Below are positions 57,815 through 64,000 of a stretch of 64,000 bases of DNA, piece by piece. The notes beneath the pieces were generated by a model. It had not been told where the DNA came from, made no database searches, and worked only from the letters and a program-made list of their open reading frames with translations. The DNA lies in NCBI GenBank assembly GCA_039090665.1, contig JAWCSL010000001.1:46524-110523 (forward strand), given 5' to 3'. The position numbers and the translations under genes are program-made. Position 1 is the stretch's first letter; each line of letters begins with the position of its first letter. The stretch comes from Candidatus Aenigmatarchaeota archaeon (GTDB taxonomy: Archaea > Aenigmatarchaeota > Aenigmatarchaeia > CG10238-14 > SCSR01).

Positions 57815-60489
57815 GCTTTCACCCTCTCCAAAACTTTTTTGTGAAGCTCTAATAATAATTTTTTCCTATCTTCCATTAGAACAACATCACTTTCACCAAG
57901 AACAATTAGCGAATGAGCAAACGGGCTTGGTAAATCACTTTCAGGCAAGAACTCAAGTTTTATCTTGCCCTTTTCGATTTTTTCCAAAATTTCTTTTGCA
58001 TGTTTTATGTCCATATAATCTTCCAAGACTTCACGATAAGTTTCTTTTAAAACAGGGAAATCCTTAATCTTCTCGCAAGCTTTTATTAAGCGGTCAGCAT
58101 TCAATTGCTGCTTGGCAACTCTTATCTCATATCCCTTGTAATTCCTGAGTATCATTAGAGCTCTAACAGCAGAATGCCTAAATTTTCTCTTCACAAGCTC
58201 AGTTTGCCTCAAAGCCTTTTTCAAAATTTCTTCCAGTTCATTTGATTTAACGAGCTTGACCAACTCGGTTGGCTCAACTCTTTTAGCTTTGATTTCTTTT
58301 ACTTTTTTGATGAAAAGCCACCCTTGCTCCAAAGTTTCTGCAGGAATTGTTAGCATGAAACCATTGTCGCTTATAGTCACAGCAACAGATTTTCCCAATT
58401 TTTTTGTCAAAACAAAAGCGAAAGCTCTTGATAAAGCATCATTGACGCGCCTACCATACAAAGAGTGAAAGATTATGTTTTGATTTCCCCTTTCATCAAT
58501 GTAATTTTCAACCAAAATTCTTTCATATGAAGGAAAGCTTTTGGCTTTCATCTTTTCCAGAAATTTCGCTTGGTAATAAAAGTAATCAGTTATAGCTTTA
58601 GCAGCCCACTCGTTAACAGGATAATTCTTCAACAACCATTCCGCAACTTCTTTCCTCGATTTTTCTTTCAATAGCTTGAACATTTTTTCCCTAAACTTAC
58701 CGACTTCTATTGCTAGTTCAAAGCTTAATGGTAATTGTTCGGAAAACCAGCTCGGCACTGTAGGCCTTTTCTCTTTTACTGGCAAAACAAAAGCATTAGC
58801 TTGCCTTGCTTTAACAAACTGGTAAGTTTTACCAGCCAGAACAAACACATCACCAGGAACAAGCCTTTGCAAGAATTCTTCTTCTATGCTTCCTATGTAT
58901 TTTCCATCCAAGCTTTTAACCTTTATCTTAACTTCATCAGGAATTGTGCCGATATTCAAAGAATAAATAACTCTAGCATACTTGCCACGCCTTCCAAAAA
59001 CCATATCTTTGAAATCGACCCAAATCTTGCCATAAACTTTCTTATCTTCTAAGCTATGGTGAGCTCCTGAAAGGTATTCAAGAACCGAAATAAAATCTTC
59101 CCACTTCAAATCTCTGTAGCAATAAGATCTTCTCACCAAATTGAAAGCTTCCCTTATGTTCCACTTCTTCTCCAAACTCATTCCCATCAAGTGCTGAGCT
59201 AAAACATCCAAGCAATTGCGGGGAATTTGGATTTTGTCCAAAAAGTACTCATAAGCTTTCTTGAACATGACAGCAGTTTCAACCAAATCATCGCGATCCA
59301 TACAAATTATCCTTCCGACAGAAGTTTCGTGGAGCTTATGGCCCGCCCTTCCAATTCTTTGTAAGCCTCTTGCAATACTTTTCGGTGAGCCAAGTTGAAC
59401 AACAAGGTCAATATAACCTATATCAATTCCCAACTCCAAGCTTGTTGAAGAAATTATAGCCTTGAGCAAGCCTTTTTTCAACTTTTCTTCAAGCTCAAGT
59501 CTTATGTCACGAGAAACAGAGCTATGATGAGCTCCAATATCTTCATCGCTATAAACTTCAGGAAACATTTGTTTTAAATGGTGAACAACCCTTTCTGTCC
59601 CACTTCTCGTGTTTGTGAAAACAAGTGTTGTCTTGTGTTTTGAAATCATTTCATGTAAAAGCTTGTACATGCTATTTGTTATTTCTTCAGCTGGAGTATA
59701 AACTATGTCTTTAACTGGAGACAAAACTTTTATGTCCATTGGCTTTACAAATCTCGCATCCACTATCATACAATCTCTTTCTTTTCCATTCTCATATCCG
59801 ACCAAAAACCTTGCAACTTCTTCAAGTGGATGAAGAGTCGCCCCTAAACCAATTCTTGTAAATGGTCTTCCAACAAGCTCTTGCAACCTTTCCAAACTTA
59901 AGCTCAAGTGTACACCACGTTTAGAATTTGCAAGCTCATGAATTTCATCAACCACAATCCATTTCACATTTTTGAACTTTTCTCTGAATTTTCTTGTGCT
60001 CAAAACAATAGCAATGGTTTCAGGAGTTGTAACAAGAATGTGTGGTGGCTTCTTGAGTTGTTTTTGCTTCTCATTTGCTGAAGTGTCACCTGTTCTAACA
60101 CCAATCCTAACTTCAGGTAATTCTATTCCTTGTTCTTTAGCAATTTCTCTTATTTCTTTTAGTGGAACAAGTAAGTTTCTGTGAATGTCATTGTCCAAAG
60201 CTTTGAGTGGGGAAATGTAAACGCAATAAACCATATCTTCAAGCTTTCCCTCTTCTGCAAGTCTAAACAAATGGTCGAGAATTGATAGAAAAGAGCTTAA
60301 GGTTTTGCCTGAGCCTGTAGGTGCTGTGATCAAAGTATTTTTTCCTTTATGAATCAGCTCTACAGCAAATTTCTGGTGAATTATCATTTCTTTGAAATTT
60401 CTTTTGAACCACTCGCGAACATAAGGCCTAAGTAAAGCTAAAACTTTTTCATCTTGTTTTGGTTTTTTTATGTTAACGTAGCGAATCAT
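57811..60489 (-). CDS. lhr: Lhr-family ATP-dependent helicase
   Basis: APTGSGKT, PLKAL, DEIH, SLELGID, QRIGRAGH, GTIPD, PSWFSE. Confidence 0.95.
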   Translation of the reverse strand: MIRYVNIKKPKQDEKVLALLRPYVREWFKRNFKEMIIHQKFAVELIHKGKNTLITAPTGSGKTLSSFLSILDHLFRLAEEGKLEDMVYCVYISPLKALDNDIHRNLLVPLKEIREIAKEQGIELPEVRIGVRTGDTSANEKQKQLKKPPHILVTTPETIAIVLSTRKFREKFKNVKWIVVDEIHELANSKRGVHLSLSLERLQELVGRPFTRIGLGATLHPLEEVARFLVGYENGKERDCMIVDARFVKPMDIKVLSPVKDIVYTPAEEITNSMYKLLHEMISKHKTTLVFTNTRSGTERVVHHLKQMFPEVYSDEDIGAHHSSVSRDIRLELEEKLKKGLLKAIISSTSLELGIDIGYIDLVVQLGSPKSIARGLQRIGRAGHKLHETSVGRIICMDRDDLVETAVMFKKAYEYFLDKIQIPRNCLDVLAQHLMGMSLEKKWNIREAFNLVRRSYCYRDLKWEDFISVLEYLSGAHHSLEDKKVYGKIWVDFKDMVFGRRGKYARVIYSLNIGTIPDEVKIKVKSLDGKYIGSIEEEFLQRLVPGDVFVLAGKTYQFVKARQANAFVLPVKEKRPTVPSWFSEQLPLSFELAIEVGKFREKMFKLLKEKSRKEVAEWLLKNYPVNEWAAKAITDYFYYQAKFLEKMKAKSFPSYERILVENYIDERGNQNIIFHSLYGRRVNDALSRAFAFVLTKKLGKSVAVTISDNGFMLTIPAETLEQGWLFIKKVKEIKAKRVEPTELVKLVKSNELEEILKKALRQTELVKRKFRHSAVRALMILRNYKGYEIRVAKQQLNADRLIKACEKIKDFPVLKETYREVLEDYMDIKHAKEILEKIEKGKIKLEFLPESDLPSPFAHSLIVLGESDVVLMEDRKKLLLELHKKVLERVKA

Positions 60490-60553
60490 AGAAAATCGCA
60501 TAATATATGTGAATTTTAAAGAATAAGTTTTGCGATTTTACTTATAGATAAAG

Positions 60554-61096
60554 ATGAAGAGTTTGGAAGAAATCGCAAAGGAAATAAAGAAATGCAAAAA
60601 ATGTGGGCTTTGGAAAATTAGGAAAAATGCTGTGCCTGGAGAAGGACCATCAAATGCAAAAGTTGCTTTTCTTGGGCAAAATCCAGGAAGAAATGAAGAC
60701 CTTCAAGGAAAACCTTTTGTTGGGTTGGCAGGAAAATTTTTAGAAAAACTTTTAGAGTCAATAAAATTGAAGAGGGAAGAAATTTTCATAACAGGAGTGG
60801 TGAAATGTCATACTCCAAAAAACAGGAGGCCGAGCAAAACTGAAATCGAAGCTTGCAAGTCTTACACTTTTGAACAGATTGAAGTCATAAAGCCTAAAAT
60901 TTTGGTTTTACTTGGTGATGTTGCAAGAGAAGCTTTTGGTTTTGAAGGAAAAATTTCAGAAATTCATGGCAAAGTTTTGAAGAAAGACGGAAGAATTTAC
61001 TTCTTCACTTTCCATCCTGCTGCTGCTATGAGGTTTCCAAAAATCAGAAAGCTGATGGAAGAAGATTTTCTTAAGCTTAAGAGGCTGATAAAATGA
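60554..61096 (+). CDS. Family-4 uracil-DNA glycosylase
   Basis: CKKCGL, GQNPG, PFVG, VKC, HPAA. Confidence 0.92.
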   Translation: MKSLEEIAKEIKKCKKCGLWKIRKNAVPGEGPSNAKVAFLGQNPGRNEDLQGKPFVGLAGKFLEKLLESIKLKREEIFITGVVKCHTPKNRRPSKTEIEACKSYTFEQIEVIKPKILVLLGDVAREAFGFEGKISEIHGKVLKKDGRIYFFTFHPAAAMRFPKIRKLMEEDFLKLKRLIK

Positions 61097-61671
61097 AGTT
61101 GCTAGAGAAAAAATTTTTTGAAAGAAGTCCGGAAAAAGTTGCTAAAGAATTGTTAGGAAAAATTTTGGTCAGAAAGCTGAATGGAAAAATCTTGTCTGGA
61201 AGAATTGTTGAAGTTGAAGCTTACTTTGGAGAAGAAGATCCTGCTTCAAGAGCTTATTTGGGAAGGCCAAAATATTGTGTACAGCTAATGAAAGATGAGC
61301 CGGGAAAAATTTTAATTTACAATGTCCACAACAACTGGATGTTCAATGTTGTGGCTCATGAGAGAGGAAAAACAGGAGCTGTTTTAATAAGAGCTATCGA
61401 ACCAATAGAAGGAATGGAAGAAATGAAAGAAAATAGAAAGACAAGAGATGTTTTCGACTTGACAAAAGGACCGGGAAAGCTTTCCAAAGCTTTGGCTATA
61501 GATAAAAGCTTGAATGGAATTGATTCCACGAAAGAAGAAAGTCCAATAAATTTTTTTGATGTTGGTGATAAAAATTTTGAAATCGATTGTTCTTACAGAA
61601 TTGGGGTGAAAAAAGATTTGGCCAAGCCGTTAAGATTTTTTATAAAAGATAATAAATTTGTATCAAGGTGA
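61093..61671 (+). CDS. mpg: 3-methyladenine DNA glycosylase (MPG/AAG family)
   Basis: IVEVEAY, AVLIRAIEP, GPGKL, RIGV. Confidence 0.93.
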   Translation: MKLLEKKFFERSPEKVAKELLGKILVRKLNGKILSGRIVEVEAYFGEEDPASRAYLGRPKYCVQLMKDEPGKILIYNVHNNWMFNVVAHERGKTGAVLIRAIEPIEGMEEMKENRKTRDVFDLTKGPGKLSKALAIDKSLNGIDSTKEESPINFFDVGDKNFEIDCSYRIGVKKDLAKPLRFFIKDNKFVSR

Positions 61672-61672
61672 A

Positions 61673-62404
61673 ATGATTAAAGTTGGTTGCTGCGGTTGGG
61701 GCTTCTTTAGACCAAAAGACTTCTTTGGAAATAAAGCCAACAAGTTCAAGACTATATTGCAAGCCTACTCTTCTGTTTTTCCTTCAGTTGAAGTCAACTC
61801 AACTTTCTACAGAATTCCAAAAATTAAAACAGCAGAAAAGTGGAGGAAAGAAGTGGATGAAATCAACAAAAATTTTGAGTTTACAGTAAAATGCACGCAA
61901 CTCATAACACATCAAATAAAATTTTCAAAAGCTTCTGTTAATCTGTTCAACACGATGAAGGAGATTTGCAAAGCTTTGAAAGCAAGGATCTTGCTTTTTC
62001 AGTCACCAGCAAGCTTCAAGCCTAGCGAGGAAAACATGAAAAGAATGGAAGATTTTTTCAAATCAATCAAAAGAGAAAAATTGATTTTGGCTTGGGAGCC
62101 AAGAGGAGAGTGGCATAAGAATCCTGAGTTGATAGAAAAAATTTGCAAGAAGTTTGATTTGATCGAGTGTATAGATCCATTCAGGAATGAGCCTCTTTAC
62201 TTCGGAAGAGAAAAAATAGCCTATTTTCGTCTTCATGGCTTCGGTTTGATGAACATGTACAACTACAGCTTCAGTAAACGCGAGTTAGAGCAACTGAAAG
62301 AAAAAGTTAGAGAACTTGAGAAAAAAACTGAAGAAATTTGGGTTATGTTCAACAACACCAACATGTATAAAAATGCGCTAGAATTCATGAAAATGATAAA
62401 ATAA
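61673..62404 (+). CDS. DUF72 family protein
   Basis: VGCCGW, VEVNSTFY, LFQSP, WEPR, YFRLHG, MFNN. Confidence 0.92.
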   Translation: MIKVGCCGWGFFRPKDFFGNKANKFKTILQAYSSVFPSVEVNSTFYRIPKIKTAEKWRKEVDEINKNFEFTVKCTQLITHQIKFSKASVNLFNTMKEICKALKARILLFQSPASFKPSEENMKRMEDFFKSIKREKLILAWEPRGEWHKNPELIEKICKKFDLIECIDPFRNEPLYFGREKIAYFRLHGFGLMNMYNYSFSKRELEQLKEKVRELEKKTEEIWVMFNNTNMYKNALEFMKMIK

Positions 62405-62422
62405 AAAATAGGAGAAGAGATT

Positions 62423-62680
62423 TTATTCCTCTTCCCCCAAGTTCTTTAAAACTTTTTCCCCTATGGCAAATCTGTTTTTTACTTGTGTTATTTTTATTCT
62501 TGTTTTTTCTCCCTGTTTGGCTCCAGCTATGAAGACAACAAAGTTCTTTATTCTTGCTATTCCGTCTCCTTTAGAGCCAACTTCATTTATCTCTACATCA
62601 TATTCTTCACCAACTTTAACAGGCTTCGGAATATCTAATCTAGGACCAAATTTCCTAAATCCGAGTTTTCCAAAAGGCAT
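62423..62680 (-). CDS. Stand-alone TRAM-domain RNA chaperone
   Basis: PVKVGEEYDVEI..VGSKGDGIARI.NFVVF. Confidence 0.92.
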   Translation of the reverse strand: MPFGKLGFRKFGPRLDIPKPVKVGEEYDVEINEVGSKGDGIARIKNFVVFIAGAKQGEKTRIKITQVKNRFAIGEKVLKNLGEEE

Positions 62681-62924
62681 TTTACAAAACCTCCTTTACT
62701 TTTTTATTTCACCTCTTGGAGTTAGAAGTAGAGTAGAACTCTACTTTCCTTCCCCTATTCATAATTCTTAAGATAAGTATTTAAAGTTGAGCTTGAGCGT
62801 TCTGATTGGTTGGATTAGAAGATTAGGAAAAGTGTTTTTCCAAGCAAAAATTTTTAATTTGAATGAAAAATTTTAATTCAGACTTTAATTATCAATCTAC
62901 TGAAAATATTCATCATACAAAGTG

Positions 62925-63809
62925 ATGGACTTGAGTGAAAAATGTAGTAAATGCTCACAAGAACCTGTTTTTTATGTGGGTTGGAAAAACAGATACTATT
63001 GTAAAAATCATTTTAACGAATATGTGGAAGGCCAAGTGAAGAAAGTTTTTGATAAATTTAAAGTAAGTAAAGAAGCAAAAATTTGCGTCGCTCTTTCTGG
63101 TGGTAAAGATTCTTCAGTTTTAATCCACATCCTCAAAAAAATTGGGTGTAAAAATTTGGAGGCTTTGCACATAAATCTCAAAATAAACAACTATTCAAAA
63201 AAATCTCTGAAAAAATGTAAAGAAATTTGTGAAAGACTTGGAATAAAACTCAATGTAATTGAAATAAATCTTTTCAATTTTGCTAAAGGGAACAAAAACA
63301 TTTGTAAAATTTGTGGTATAGTTAGAAGATATAATTTCAATAGTTTTGCTTTCAAAAACAATTTCGATTACCTAGCTACAGGTCAGAATTTAGATGACAT
63401 AATTTCTCATGCTATCATGACTTTGTATTCAGGTTATTTACTAGGCTTGAAAAATTTTTCCCCTGTTTCTAAAAAAATAGAAGAATTCGGCTTAGTGAGT
63501 GTAATTAAGCCACTTTTCTTCTTAAGAAAAGAAGAAATCGAGGCTTATGCTAAAATCAATGGGATTGATTATGTGAATGAAAAATGTAGCTATTGGAGAA
63601 GTTCATTTAGGATAGAAGTAGAAAAAGTGTTGGAAAAATTAGAAAATGAAAATCCTAGATTTTTAAGAAAAATTGCTTCTTCTTTAATCAAGTTGTCTTC
63701 AATAATAGAAAATTTGGAAATGGTGAAAATTAGGAAATGTAAAATTTGCGGATTTGCTTCTTTGGGAAAAATTTGTAGTTTTTGTAAGCTAAGCCATAAA
63801 AAAGAATAG
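62925..63809 (+). CDS. TtuA/Ncs6-family tRNA thiolation protein
   Basis: SGGKDS PP-loop, CKIC, ATGQNLDD, N- and C-terminal Zn fingers. Confidence 0.88.
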   Translation: MDLSEKCSKCSQEPVFYVGWKNRYYCKNHFNEYVEGQVKKVFDKFKVSKEAKICVALSGGKDSSVLIHILKKIGCKNLEALHINLKINNYSKKSLKKCKEICERLGIKLNVIEINLFNFAKGNKNICKICGIVRRYNFNSFAFKNNFDYLATGQNLDDIISHAIMTLYSGYLLGLKNFSPVSKKIEEFGLVSVIKPLFFLRKEEIEAYAKINGIDYVNEKCSYWRSSFRIEVEKVLEKLENENPRFLRKIASSLIKLSSIIENLEMVKIRKCKICGFASLGKICSFCKLSHKKE

Positions 63810-64000
63810 AGAAAAAGAAGACGCCTAGGGTGGGAAAGGTCGAAAGAAGGGAGTTAAACTTGAATTAGAGTAAAATCATTCAACACCAGCTTTTTTCAAA
63901 TTCTCTTCTTCACAAGCCCGTTTCAGCAACTTGCAAATCTTATCAATCAACTTCTTCAAATTCTCCTCCATGCTTCTCCATCATCGAGATTAGCTTAAAG

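Noticed and set aside
9566..60184. Many 60-196 aa ORFs antisense to or nested in recognised genes (e.g. 9566-10078, 16180-16659, 17668-18258, 49918-50295)
   Set aside because: Shadow frames rich in F/S/L that overlap well-supported genes
63810..64000. Possible RNA gene or partial CDS at the window end
   Set aside because: No tRNA fold and no continuous recognisable frame in the available sequence

Overview
AT-rich archaeal chromosome segment. It is most likely a DPANN archaeon (Aenigmarchaeota-like, probably thermophilic); this is inferred from gene content, not from a search. The window opens in the 3' part of a 23S rRNA gene whose domain V is interrupted by four short bulge-helix-bulge (BHB) introns. 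Two of these look like complete C/D-box guide RNAs, and one guide is complementary to the same 23S. Housekeeping genes follow (aIF5A, histone, Nob1, TFB, YchF, GatDE, SpeD, tRNA-modification enzymes, Lhr, UDG, MPG). Other notable loci: an uncharacterised operon (two membrane micro-proteins, a 576-aa unknown, a TIM-barrel metalloenzyme, two nucleotidyltransferase-HEPN fusions), a Ku + ATP-dependent ligase pair, a free-standing LAGLIDADG-wHTH gene, a decaying accessory region, and a type I-A-like CRISPR-Cas locus with 30 repeats. Tandem AAA-DUF4143 ATPases share an identical 230-bp 3' module, and two cargo blocks are bracketed by duplicated 5' ends of housekeeping genes. All family calls come from motif recognition by eye, and E. 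coli rRNA numbering is approximate.
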